This document shows positions 36,615 to 49,559 of a DNA stretch of 64,000 nt, in pieces (position 1 is the stretch's first letter; each line of letters begins with the position of its first letter). Location: positions 49,972,001 to 50,036,000 of the forward strand of contig OZ024750.1 in assembly GCA_964016885.1 (NCBI GenBank), read 5' to 3'. The DNA is from Eledone cirrhosa. Its lineage: Eukaryota. Below the pieces are notes generated by a model, which worked only from the letters and a program-made list of their open reading frames with translations, ran no database searches and was not told the DNA's origin. The position numbers were made by a program, and so were the translations under genes.

Positions 36615-39600
36615 TGGGGCGTCCTGAACGAAGAGCGCTTGTTGCAAAGGAGCTTCTACGTTACGATCTTGACATCGTAGCTTTATCTGAGACGAGGCTA
36701 GCTGGAGATGGTCATTTTACGGAATTTTGTGGAGAATATACATTCTTCTGGAAAGGAAGAGATGAAGGAACCAGAAGAGAGGCTGGGGTAGGATTTGCTA
36801 AGACTGTGCTTGTGAACAAATTAGAAGAATTCCCAGTAGGGATTAGTGAGCGTCTTATGTCCATGAGAGTTCCACTGGACAAGGGAAGATATGCTACCCT
36901 GGTGAGTGTGTATGCTCCAAGTATGAGTTCTGTCGATGAGGAAAAGGTGTCCTTTTACCATGCCTTGAAATGTGTTTTAAGAAATATCCCTCAGGCAGAC
37001 AAAGTCATTGTGCTTCGTGACTTTAATGCTAGAGTGGGTAGGGATTTTAACACATGGAATGTAATCGGAAGGCATGGGGTGGGAATGTGTAACAGCAATG
37101 GTATGCTCCTGCTGCAGATGTGTGAGGAGCTGGATCTGTGTGTTACCAACACCATGTTCCAACAAAAGAACAAATTCAAGACCACATGGATGCATCCTGC
37201 ATCTAAGGAATGGCATCTTTTGGACTACGTCCTAGTCAGGATGCGTGACAGACAGGATGTGCAGTGCGTTCGTGTTCTTCGTGGAGCTGAGTGCTGGACG
37301 GACCACCGCCTGGTACGCGCAAAAGTGAAACTAATAACTAAACGTAAAATCCGGGCTCCTGGTGTTGCCCTGCCCAAAAGATTGAATGCTGCTCGTCTTA
37401 AGGATAAAACTGTGAAGAGGACATTGGAAGAAGTGATGCAGGCTGCAGATCTTGGTGAGGATTGGCCGACCCTTAAAAAGTCGGTTTATGATGTAGGCAG
37501 GCGTGTTCTGGGATTGGCGCAGAAGAAACATCAGGACTGGTTTGATGAGAATGATGTACATATAGAAGACTTGTTGGCTGATAAGAGGCGTGCTCTGTCA
37601 CGCTACTTGACGGCAAAACCACAGGAGAGGAATACGTTGCATGAGGAACTCAGGGATGTAAAATCACGTGTTAGGCGGAGTCTTTCTCAGATGAAGGATC
37701 AGTGGTGGAGTGAGAAGGCTGGTGAGATACAAACTGCGTCTGATTCCAATAACACAAAGCTGTTGTACAGTTTCTTGCGTGAGCTTCATGGACCGTCTTC
37801 TTCTCTGGTGACACCGCTTCGCAGCAAGGATGGCAAAGAACTTCTTCGTGACTCACAAGGAATTCTACGAAGGTGGCGAGAGCACTTTGATGATCTTTTG
37901 AATCAGCCGTCTGTCGTCAGTGAAGATTTCCTCAATCTCATTCCAGAAAGTCCTGTGAAAGTAGCTCTCGCAGAACCTCCGACGCTTGTGGAGGTTGCAG
38001 TGGCTATTTCGAAGCTGAACAGTGGAAGATCTCCAGGTATAGATGGCATACATGCTGAGCTCCTACAATATGGTGGTGAGAGACTAATGCAACATCTTCA
38101 CTCTTTGTTTGGCAGGATATGGGCTAATGAATCCGTACCTGAGGACTGGAGAGATGCAGTAATGGTGGTCTTGTACAAGGGAAAGGGTAACGGGAACGAT
38201 TGTGGGAACTACAGAGATATATAATTGCTTTCTGTCTTAGGGAAAGTTTTATGTAGGGTGCTTCTGGACCGTCTGCTGACACACATTGCAGATTGTGTTC
38301 TTCCTGAAAGTCAATCTGGTTTTCGTGCTGGACGCGGCACTACTGATATGATCTTCTCAGCTAGACAGCTCCAGGAGAAGTGCATGGAACAAGGCTTGGA
38401 TCTGTATCAGATTGTTGTCGATCTGACAAAAGCTTTCGATACTGTTAACAGAGATGCATTATGGAAGGTTCTCCAGAAACTTGGTTGCCCGAATAAGTTC
38501 CTTGCTTTAGTTAGGTCTTTCCATGACGACATGAAGGCTTGGGTTAATGTCGGGGGTAACATGTCGGAGCCTATCTCAGTAAAAAAAATGGAGTGAAACA
38601 GGGGGATATTCCAGCACCGACCCTGTTTGCCATATACTTTGCAATGTTTTTCTGTATTGCATTCAGGAATTGCGAGCATGGTATTTACATCCGATATCGA
38701 ACATCTGGCAGCATATTTACATCAAGTGCTTTGCTGCGAAGACAAAAGTATTTACATCAATCATAAGAGACCTCTTGTATGCAGATGATTGCGATCTTGT
38801 AGCGCACACAGAGAGTGATATGCTGCACATTTTGAATACATTTTCTGACGCTTGCACTGCCCTAGGTCTGACTGTCAGTCTCAAGAAAACCGTCGTCATG
38901 TACCAACCTGCCCCTGGCAAGCAGTACATGGAACCAAACATCTATGTGTATGGCAAACGACTTGGAGTGGTTGATCAGTTTGTCTACCTGGGAAGCACTG
39001 TCAATCGATACGGCAACCTTGACAGTGAAATCTCACTTAGGATTAGGAAAGCAAGTGATGCTTTCGGAAAGCTAGAAAGGCGACTCTGGGGTCGGCGAGA
39101 TATATGCAGGAGGACAAAGGTAAAGGTGTACAGGGCATGTGTGTTCTCTTGTCTTCTTTATGCCTGCGAGACCTGGGTCACATATCGACACCACCTTAAG
39201 CAATTGGAGCGTTTCCATCGGATGTGTCTCAAACGGATCCATGGCGTTCACTCGAGGGACCACATCAGTGATGTCGAGATTTTGGAAAGCTCTATGTGTG
39301 ACAGTATAGATCCTCTTGTGCTTAAGCAACGACTCCGTTGGAGTGGTCACATTGCCAGGATAAAGGATTCTAGAATACCAAAACGACTCTGTTATGGAGA
39401 GTTGGTTAAAGGAAAACGACCGCCACATAAACCAAAAAAGAGGTATAAGGATTCCTTGAAAGCCTCTCTGAAAGACGCTAACATCTCTGCTGATACATGG
39501 GAGAATATTGCTACTGATCGTAATAAATGGAGAAAGACTGTATATGAGGGAAAAGTTGCCTTTGAGGCATCTCGAATCGCATACGAGAAAGTAAAGCGGG

Positions 39601-39959
39601 ATGTGAGGAAGGGAATTGCTGTTGCACTTTCAGACGGCGAGGGTCCTCCTATGGTGCTGACATGAAGCGTATGTGCGAGACTCTGCCTAAGCAAAGCTGG
39701 ACTCGAAAGTCATCTTCGCAGTCATAAAGTAAGACCAGTGGTTGACTACCAGGCTGCTGTTGGAGATGCTACTCATCATGCTTGCCAAACATGTGGTAGA
39801 GAATGTAAATCAGCAGGAGGGCTCAAGCGACATGCAAAAGTACACGAACTCCAACCACAGCCCACTATTCCCAGTGAATGTTTTGGTTGCCGACTCTGTG
39901 CAAGACATTTTAGATCATTGGCTGGGCTAAAAAGCCACATTCGATCGCAGCGCTGTTAG
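36614..39959 (+). pseudogene. RTE APE-RT ORF with few disruptions
   Basis: ORF pieces 36614-38224, 38225-38596, 38670-39665 and 39738-39959. Confidence 0.9.
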
Positions 39960-39967
39960 TTGATATC

Positions 39968-39999
<32 letters not shown>

Positions 40000-40121
40000 G
40001 GTTATGTGTGTGCGTGTGTGTGTATATATATATGTATATGTATATTATTATTGTTGTTGTCGTTATTATTATTGTTGTTATGATTATTATTATTATTATT
40101 GTTATTAATATATGTGTGTGT

Positions 40122-40152
<31 letters not shown>

Positions 40153-40184
40153 TATTTCTTTTTTTTTATTTTAATTTTATTTTA

Positions 40185-40219
<35 letters not shown>

Positions 40220-40280
40220 TATTTTTTCTTTCTCCTCGTGCAATGGCCATACTCGATAACGAGGGGGCAGCCATCATCAT
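36615..40280 (+). mobile_element. RTE-BovB-like LINE, slightly 5' truncated
   Basis: APE (ALSETR, VYAP, DFNARVG, LLDYVL, TDHRLV), RT (QSGFRAGRGTTD, DLTKAFD, LLYADD), QRLRWSGH, C2H2 fingers, 3' hairpin and (CAT)n tail. Confidence 0.93.
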
Positions 40281-41013
40281 GTATACATATATATATATAT
40301 ATGTAATAGAGAGAGATAGAGGGGGGTGGGGTAGGTAGATAGCGAGAACATTTAGTATTCATTTACCGTGATAGTTTGACTAATAATGAAACTACAGTTT
40401 AGGATGTTAGTCTTTGGAATAGATTTTATGCAACACAAACATGAAACTAGCATCGTCTTGAGATAATCTATTGTGCGTTGACCTTTCTATAATCCTTATT
40501 CCTACTTCTAAATCCCCATCACACTTCATTTTATACATTTCAAAATCTGTCGTGTTTTAAATGCAAACAGCATTTGGCATTCTTACGTGGCTGACGAAAC
40601 ATTAAAAGGAAATGTGATAATTAAATGCTATAGCTATGGCCTTATATCTTAAGAGAATTACATTTGTTTAACTTGAAAAGGTTTTTGAAGTATTTGCTGG
40701 AATTCTGCTTACACTGTGTCATAGCTGAACGTCTCATAAAATGGAATTGTAGTAACATTGTTGAAGGTATATCTTCAAACGACAATCCTAGTGAAGTTAT
40801 TCGTAAAATTCTTAGATCTAACGTTGCTTATATTTCAGAGTTATTGCGACAGAATGGTATAATAATATTTAATAATATAGTCACACTCACAAGGATGCGA
40901 TAACGAACAGTGTTTGTGTTGCTTATAATATACCTTTATATGTGAATAGTTTTGTATCCACACAAGTAATCTTATAAATTCACGAGCGTGCACGACCACA
41001 TCTGTATATATAT

Positions 41014-41135
41014 AATTGTTTCTACTATTGGCACAAGGCCAGCAATTATATCAGTGCATTACTGGTGCTTTGTTTTAACAACCCCGTAAACTAGAAAGGC
41101 AAAGTTAACCTGGGCTGGATTTGAACTCAGACTGC
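41014..41135 (-). mobile_element. Partial Meta-type SINE
   Basis: Diverged match to the 3' two-thirds of the SINE. Confidence 0.75.
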
Positions 41136-41194
41136 AATAAATATCATAAATGGATGCCCCCCCTCTCGCCACATATATATATATATATATATAG

Positions 41195-41259
<65 letters not shown>

Positions 41260-42039
41260 AGTGTGTGTGTATAATATGTATGTATACATATTATATATAT
41301 ATATATATATAAGTGTGGGGGGTAGATAGTTGTGTGCGGGGTTATTTTGTCAAGAAGAACGTATAAGACTTCACTAGTTCTATCGACTGGAAGACCTACT
41401 CATTGAATTAACTCACAACTCAGTATTTAATTAGGTCTACGAATCAAAAGCCATTTTTCTCGTGCCATATAATGGGTTTAATTGAGAAGAGCTAGCATGA
41501 AAAACACTCCTAATTTTACCAACAAATATTTCTATATATTCAAAGACATAATTTCTATATGTCATTTTTGAAGAGGCTATCTTTTAATTTGAAAATAATT
41601 TGACTGGCATGTCTAGCATCTCGAGTTACCATTTAAAAGCTACCTACTCAGATTCTGTATTGCGTTGTTGATGTTAAATCGTTTAATCTGAAACCTGATC
41701 TGGTCGACTGAAACTATAATCAAACATATTTTAGATATCCCTACACTATGTGTTTCTGTGTCTATCAGGGATGACATTTTATAAAACGTGTATTTGATTG
41801 AGGACAATCCAATTATGATTTCAATAAAATCTTCCCGAATAATGTTTCCGAATCGACTGAAATCTGAAATTTCTCCATTTTCCGAGTGGGAGACATTGGA
41901 TATGACAACCAGAATAGAATATCTAAGTGAATATATATATATATATAAAGATCGATCGACTTTCGTCAAATCGGACCTAGTAAACGATTTTTCCATTGGT
42001 CTCTCCTATTGCTAATACTATCTATCGGTCGCAAATCCA

Positions 42040-42166
42040 GGTAGAAAGAGGAACGTGAAATAAAGTGTGTTGTTCAAGGATAAAACACATCGCCCGGTCC
42101 GGGAATCGAACTCACAACCTCACGATTACGAATCCAATACTCTAAACACTCAGCCACATGCCTTCT
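42040..42166 (-). mobile_element. tRNA-derived CORE-type SINE
   Basis: A-box TGGCTGAGTGTT, B-box GAGTTCGATTCC, then CORE-like segment. Confidence 0.75.
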
Positions 42167-42213
42167 TACACACACCCACACACACACACACACACACATA
42201 TATACACCCCCCC

Positions 42214-42278
<65 letters not shown>

Positions 42279-42298
42279 TTATATATATATATATATAT

Positions 42299-42960
42299 AG
42301 GGCGGGTAAAATTCCCGAGATCCATGGACGAGTTCTCTCCAGCGGTCGCTGTCCCTCATTATTACTGGCATGTCCTGAGTCTCCAACAGACCAGTGTCTG
42401 TCCTTAGGGCATCAACATACATTAACCATGGTCTTCTTCTTCCAGTGTATCCATGTAGGGGCTGCCACAGGAGCACTGAATGCAATGTCAACTCTGGATG
42501 TCGGTGAGCATGTCCAGCTAACCCCAGTCTCCTCTGTGTCACTTTTGAGCTGACTTCTGGGAGGCTCCCGTACAGCTCTGAGTTTTTCATCCTCAGTGTA
42601 TACTGATTAATGTTCAGAGCCATCTTCAAAATTCTCGTGTAGCACACATCTAACATCTGAGTGAGTTTCTTGGTCAGTGCCCAAGTCTCAGACCCGTACA
42701 GCTGCACAGACCCCACTACAGCAATGAAGAGGCGGATTTTCGGGTCTTTACGAAGATCCGACTTCCACACCGATCTCAAGCTGTGGCACGCCGCCCAGGC
42801 CTTGTTTTTCCTCTCAACCACATCATCTTCCGTATTTCCAATCTTTGCTCCCAAATACAGGAAGTCCTCAACCAACTCTAGCGGATTCCCGCCTACACTA
42901 GTGATCCCCTCTGGCTTCTCAACATTCTCTACCAGATATTTTGTTTTAGTCTTATTCATT
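42299..42960 (-). mobile_element. RTE-like LINE 3' fragment (same family as 22945-23800)
   Basis: VEDFLYLG, LYGSETWALT, RRLGLAGHAHRHPEL; ends GGGAATTTTACCCGCCC then (TA)n. Confidence 0.88.
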
Positions 42961-42976
42961 CTCATATATATATATA

Positions 42977-45875
42977 CTAACAGATTCACCCGGCGTTGCT
43001 CGGGGTTTGAAATTATGCTAAGAATATACAGCTAGGAAGTAAATGAAGAACATTATGTGTCCCCAACCTGTGAAAATAAGCAGAAGTCTTCAATAATTAA
43101 TGCAAACGAATATTTAGTGAAATATTTGTACACATAAAACTATGCTGATAATGAAGGAAAACACTGAAAGGATGTAGTTATACAAATGATTGAACACGAT
43201 ACACGGTGCAAATCTGTAAAAAAAACAGGCAGTTTTGCTAAAGTACAAAAAGTTGTAATGAAAACAGAGTTGTATACAAACAAAAAAACAATGGGAGTAG
43301 AATAAGAGAAATTCTATTATTTGAGAGCATCCTTTGCTGTGTATGGTTAAATGTTTAACTTATAATCCAAAATATCCTGCATGACATATTCATTAGTATG
43401 TTTTGTAATAAGTAAGGTGAAGTCAAGGCAGAGCTGTAATAAGTTTTTTTGTTAACACTAAAGCACTTCAGGATAGACGATTTTCTTTGTTTTTCTTTTC
43501 GGAACAAACGCAAAGAGATTATCTCAACTGCCAACCCGTGAGCAGGCAACGTAGAATTGTCCGTGCGAAAAGCAAGGTTCATCCAAGTGAATTCCAGTGA
43601 CGGACAGAGGTTGACCTTGCGACTTGTTTATGGATATCGCAAAGGCAACACGAAGGGGAAATTTGGTTCGGCGAAAGGAGAAGGGTGTATCCACGCCTGA
43701 TGTTGTCAGGCTAATTTTTGTTATTATCACATCCTCGCCCTTTCCACATCCGGATAGAATGGTAGCGTCAATACGAAGTGGAGACAGTTTTTTAACCACA
43801 AGGCGTGTACCATTCCATAGTTTTGGAGGAGTGATATTTCTCAGCAAAATAACTGGTGATCCCTCTTTCAGAACCAATGTATTAGGAGGTAAACCAGGAG
43901 GATTTAAAGAATTTAGAAATTCAACTGGATAATTGACCGCACCCTGTGGATCACATACAGTATCAATAGATTTATATATCCGTGGACATCCAGGAAGAAG
44001 CTGAAGAAGCTGATCGTTAATACAGCTAACCGGGATATTTTTGGGTGCAAGAATGGCTCTTTCGTATAGCCAATCAAGATTTGTATAGTTATCACGCAAG
44101 TTCGGGAATACACTCGCCTTGAGATCATCGACAGTTTCAACTACATTGCAGATGTGATCAATTGCTATGTGTCCATCTGCACCTGGAGGTAGGTTACTAT
44201 CACCCATTGTAAGAATGTCTCCAGAAAATGTTGATGACAGAGGGTCCCCATGCAAACTTGCACGCATGTTGGTAGTTAGTCTTAATGATGTAACTTGTCG
44301 CCACAATGGTGAAGACTAAAGACATGCATTCACCGAATCTGCTCTTGTTCTTTTCGGTATTATAGGAAGAGTCTGTCTGAAGTCTCCTGATAGCAGAAGG
44401 GTGACACCCCCCCCCCATAACATCACTGCAATCCCGTATGTCTTGCAAAGACATGTCTAGTGCCTCAAGAGCACCTTTGTGCGCCATTGTGCACTCATCC
44501 CAAACAATAAGGTGACATCTTCGCAGCAGATGAGCCCTTTCGGAGTCTTTGGTGATATGACAAGGAGGAGTTTCCAATTTTGCAAAATCGAGAGGTAATT
44601 TAAAAACTGAATGTGCCGTCCTTCCACCGGGAGCAAAGTTGCTGCGATTCCAGAGGACGCGACTGCTATTGCTATGTCCTTATTCTGTCTAATCTTGGCA
44701 AGAAGAAGTTTAGTAACTAAAGTTTTTTCCTGTCCCCCTTGGAGCATCAAAGAAAAATATGCCACCTCTTCTTTGAAATACCAATTCAGTAATGGTGGTA
44801 TAAGCCAGTCGCTGATCAGCTAGAAGTTTTGGCTCATTATCTGTGACGTAGAGGGCGAGATCATGGAAGTTATAAGAAGTCTCCTGTATGATATCTGTGG
44901 GAAGTTTGTTTGAGCCTGTGCGATGAGTTTCTGGTAAACGGTAGTAACGCAAAACATTTCCTCCAATCAGAGCTAACTTGTCCTCACTATCAATGAGAGC
45001 TATGTTGTATAATTCATTACTAAAGCCGACCTCTATTTCTGGAAGCAGCAATTGTGCTTGGTGTATGTAGTCGTCTGTTAGTTCATCCCTATATTTCATC
45101 CACAAGTAGAGAGGATCAGATAAGTTGCACGATGCAAAAGTACCGCAAATAAATTTATTAGGCTGGCAGGTGAATGCGAAAGAGCAACTTCCGCCATCGT
45201 TGCATCCCGCTGCGAACCATCTTCCAGCAATCCACACCTCAAACATGCCTTTGTGGATGTTGGAAGAACTTGTCCGTCTAACGTTCGGAGATCATGAAAG
45301 CAGGTAGGTCCTCTGACCTCATGCGAAGATGGAAGCACTCGTGTTGGTTTGGGGGCACAGTATAAACTCTGCCCAAGCACTCGTTGAACTTGATGCCTGG
45401 ATAACCTTCGACACACTGTCCTGTATTTCTTCCCTTCCATGTATTTTTGTCCCATTTATAGTAAGATGGGACTTGTGGATATAGTAAGGTTTTAGCAAAT
45501 GGATCTTCTTGACATAGTTTAAAGAAAGCGATAAGAGTAGTATCCTTTGGTTTTTGTGCTAACTGAGCAGCTGATGCATTCGAAAAATATACTCTCTGAC
45601 CGTTCCTGAAAAGTTGGTTATCTCACTTTTTTAATAAAGATTGTCAATAAAGTTTGTTATCTCCCTTACATCAATTTTTCTACCGATAATTTTGATATCA
45701 ATTTGTTATTGCTCAACGTGGGTTGATTTGAAAAATGTTTGTGATGTGACAATCGTAGCGACCTCTGCAACGTGCACAGAAAGTTTGGTCAAATTCAGTT
45801 GGTAATTGTAAAAGCCTTAAGCATGCAAAGTTGTACACAGACACACACACATCCTCGCTTTTATATATATAAAGA
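42977..45875 (-). mobile_element. Internally deleted Helitron with both termini and a Pif1-like helicase relic
   Basis: 5' A|TCTTTATATATATAAAAG; 3' CCCGAGCAACGCCGGG hairpin plus TTAG|T; DAPRGTGK, AVASSGIAATLL, LIVWDECTM, INKSQGQ, FSHGQFYVACSRV. Confidence 0.92.
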
Positions 45876-45927
45876 TATAGGTGTGTGTGTATATATATAT
45901 ATGTATATGTGTGTGTATATATATATG

Positions 45928-47167
45928 GTATAACAAGTTATCGTTATGGGTAATCCAGAGGCTGTGAGTATTCTGTGTCGGGGATAGTTTTAACGTACGG
46001 CTTTGTTTGACTCAACAAGATGTTTCCATAATTAGGCAGCGAATTCGCGAGAATTTCTATGTAGGTTCTACTTGGAGTAATAATAGTGAAAGATTGAAGA
46101 ATAACATAGTCGTCTATACAAGGGGCTTTATTTCAAGTATTAACAATTGTTTCCTTGATCAGGTGTGTCTAGAGGCCTAGAGGCCGCTAATCGCTCGAAG
46201 TTGCGTCATTCGATCTCCAGTACAGTTTTTACCTCTGATCAAATCCTGAGAATACGAAAGAACTCACACATGGCAAGGTATATATAGAGAAATAGTGTAG
46301 AAACAAACCAATAACAGTAATAATAAAATATAATGATAAATAGGTAAAGAAGTTACACATGTAACAATTAAACAAAGTAAGAAAAGAAAAAGAAGTAAGA
46401 ATAAGTAAAAGCATATAAGTACAGATACTATATTTGATAATAGTGGTGGTGCTGAGTAAGTGTATGTATAAGGATGTGGCGGTGGATGTAGTGCCAACAT
46501 GAAAAGCAATATTCGAAACATACATAGATGTGTGTAGAGAATAAGAGGTAGTAACAAATGACAAATAAAGAAAAAAGCAATAAATTATGAATTAAGTGAG
46601 AGATACTAGTATGTGACCTAGGGCTAAGGATGGATGGTGAAGGGGGGGGGTTTTGATATGTGTATGAGGTATTTTTTCCTGCTGAATATCTTATCTTACT
46701 GGGGTTGATGTGGTTTCAGGGAGAGAGAGTAATAGAAATGATAGGAGATTTATGATCTAGTGAGCAGTCAGTTAGTTGACAGCTAATAACAATGTGGTGG
46801 TATGTATTGCATACGTTAACATCCCGGTGGTTCAGTTCTAATTTTGGGATTGTTGGGTCGAATCACGATGGTTTCAAATTTGTGAACTTGGTAGCTGTTT
46901 TGTGCCTACATAAAATTGATCTTTCTATTTTTCTGTTAAGCAGCATCTTAACGTAACTTAAAATATGGAATAGCTCCATATTCCAAAGTCTGCAGTGGGA
47001 CATTCCATTGTAGTAGGCCCTTGCTCCCGATAATTTTGACCAGCTAATCCAACATCGAGCGATTAGCGACCTCTAGACTCGCCTGACCAATAAAACAATT
47101 GTTAATACTTGAAATAAAGCCTCTTGTGTACAGCGGACCACCAGGTTATTCTTCAATCTTTCACTAT
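45928..47167. mobile_element. Fold-back PLE remnant including the ORF C-terminus
   Basis: Inverted arms 46083-46200 / 47054-47167; minus strand encodes LLNRKIERSILCRH near 46900-46945. Confidence 0.7.
46137..46255 (-). ncRNA. Degenerate hammerhead motif (G5C)
   Basis: GTATT CTCAGGA tTTGATCAG...CTGATCAAg GAAAC AATT GTT AATAC. Confidence 0.5.
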
Positions 47168-47523
47168 ATATATATAGTTTTTGATGTGAGATAGACTAAT
47201 CTTACTGGATTCCTGTTGATAAGCACAGAAGATTTGGACATTTCACTCTTTTATTTCTATTCCATTTCGATTCTCTTTATTTTTCAATTCACATTCCACC
47301 GTTGCGAAACTTATTTGGGTTTCGAGGTTCAAATTCGTCTACAGAACAGGTTTGAATTTTGAAATTTAAATATGTCCAGGAATCATGGCCGTTACCAATA
47401 TAATCTTATCTTTATTGACTTGTATCGAGACAGACAAATTGTATTCACTTTTATTAGTTTATTTCATTAATAGCTAACTTTGTCTGTTGCAATGTAAACA
47501 CATTTCGTGTTTATCATATACTT

Positions 47524-47609
<86 letters not shown>

Positions 47610-47788
47610 ACTGCCATAGCTATGGCTTTAGATCTTAAGAGAATCACATATGGTTAACTTGAAAGGTTATATGCTGGAATGCTGCTTACACTGTGTCATA
47701 GCTGAACGTCTCATAAAATGGAATTCTAGTAATATTGTTGAAGATATATCTTCAGACGACAATTCATTCTTTCATTACCATTAAAAGG

Positions 47789-47873
47789 GGTCTGACGAGC
47801 CGTGGATTACAGAGTCGGGCTAGATCGATACAGATCGAATCTTGAGCTGATCAGTGGCGAAACGCGCGTCACC
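47789..47873 (+). ncRNA. Type I hammerhead ribozyme
   Basis: GGT CTGACGA GCC...GGC GAAAC GCGC GTC ACC; (TA)n follows ~50 nt later. Confidence 0.75.
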
Positions 47874-47921
47874 AACCAATAAACGTAATAAAGGAGTAAC
47901 CAACCGTTCTTGTTTTATTTT

Positions 47922-47983
<62 letters not shown>

Positions 47984-48111
47984 CGGGTGTGGAGGTAGGT
48001 TAATGCATTTGTTGAATAGGAAATATAAATTTGAATAATTTTAATATCAAGAGAGTATCCCTGTGAAGGTCTTAAGGACCAGTTGGAGTTGTGGTTTGCA
48101 TGGCACATTTG

Positions 48112-48149
<38 letters not shown>

Positions 48150-48193
48150 CAAATGTGCCATGCCGATATATATAAATCAAATGTGCCATGCCG

Positions 48194-48332
48194 ATTATTT
48201 CTGAAGACAGCATATATATGTGAAGGTATGTATATTCCCTCTGATAGTTTGTATAAATATTGTACATATATCTATAGAATATGCATACCAATTCTCAGAC
48301 ATATATATCCTAGAAACGATCGTAAAATAATG
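48194..48332 (+). ncRNA. Type I hammerhead ribozyme, third copy of the 27450 family
   Basis: ATTATTT CTGAAGA ... GAAAC GATC GTA AAATAAT. Confidence 0.72.
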
Positions 48333-48386
48333 AATTTTTTTTTTAATACAAGGAACTGTTTCTTTGTTTATTCATCATTTTTTTAA

Positions 48387-48438
<52 letters not shown>

Positions 48439-49030
48439 TGTATGTGTGTGTGTGTGTGTGTGTGTGAATGTGTTTGTGTGAATGTGTTTGTGTGTATGTA
48501 TATATATATATGTATATATATATGTGCGTGTGACTGTAGAAATTTACAAAAATCTTTGGAAACGCCTCATTCCAGAAGAGTTAGATCATCATATATTGCA
48601 TTAACACTGGCACGTGTTTCCTTGCATGTGTTATATAATCGGTATAGGATCGCTGATTTTGATTATTTCAATGAAAGTTAATCGAATCCAATTACTCATA
48701 AAATTATATGTAGACAAAACAAATATCGAAATAGGAATAAGGAATTTTTCACATATCGAGATATGTGAGGAAACATAAAATCACTGATGATGTCACATAT
48801 GTGTGACGAAATAATTCTGAGAAACTATATTTATATCTATATTTTAACTGTTTGTCAATCAATGATAAAGAATGCTTACCAGCTGAATCAATTATAGAAT
48901 TATAAAATATACTGAAGCAAAATCCAACCCAAATCAAAGAGGGTGTGTGTTTTATTATATATTTCTGGCAATGTTATCACAACATAACCCTCCACAACTA
49001 TAACAGTATATGTATGCACACACACACACA

Positions 49031-49108
<78 letters not shown>

Positions 49109-49150
49109 TTCAAAATATTAACAAATATAGACACTCGTGTGATCAAGTAT

Positions 49151-49215
49151 ATTTTATTATACTTATTTCAGAGGTACTGAGGTATCTTTAACAGTACGTC
49201 CTCATCAGATAAAAT
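49151..49215 (-). ncRNA. Type I hammerhead ribozyme
   Basis: ATTTTAT CTGATGA GGAcGTAC...GTACCTCT GAAA TAAGT ATA ATAAAAT. Confidence 0.72.
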
Positions 49216-49293
49216 TTGTTAAAATATGGTTAAAATTTAGTCATGGCAGAATGTTAACCATCTACTTAGTCAAGGTATGTCAAGCATCATCTT

Positions 49294-49358
49294 ATTCTAT
49301 CTGATGAGGACGTACAGTTGAAGTTAGCTCAATACCTCTGAAATGTGTATAATAAAAT
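49294..49358 (+). ncRNA. Type I hammerhead ribozyme
   Basis: ATTCTAT CTGATGA GGACGTAC...ATACCTCT GAAA TGTGT ATA ATAAAAT. Confidence 0.7.
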
Positions 49359-49498
49359 ATACTTGATCACACGAATGTCTATATTTGTTAATATTTTGAA
49401 ATAATATTAATAACTCCGGAAAACCCGAACTGTGGAGTGCTTCTAATCTATTGTATACCTTTATTCATTGATTTATTTATTGAACCCTGTTTAACCTT

Positions 49499-49559
<61 letters not shown>

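Larger units (their letters stand above)
49103..49500. mobile_element. Fold-back PLE-type element in (TA)n
   Basis: Inverted arms 49103-49215 / 49294-49406, then ~90-nt tail. Confidence 0.8.

Noticed and set aside
41640-41996. 118-aa minus-strand ORF as a host exon
   Set aside because: Runs through a TA tract, has no recognisable domain and no supported splice partners.
43524-44765. Host PIF1 helicase gene
   Set aside because: Intronless, frameshifted and bounded by Helitron termini.
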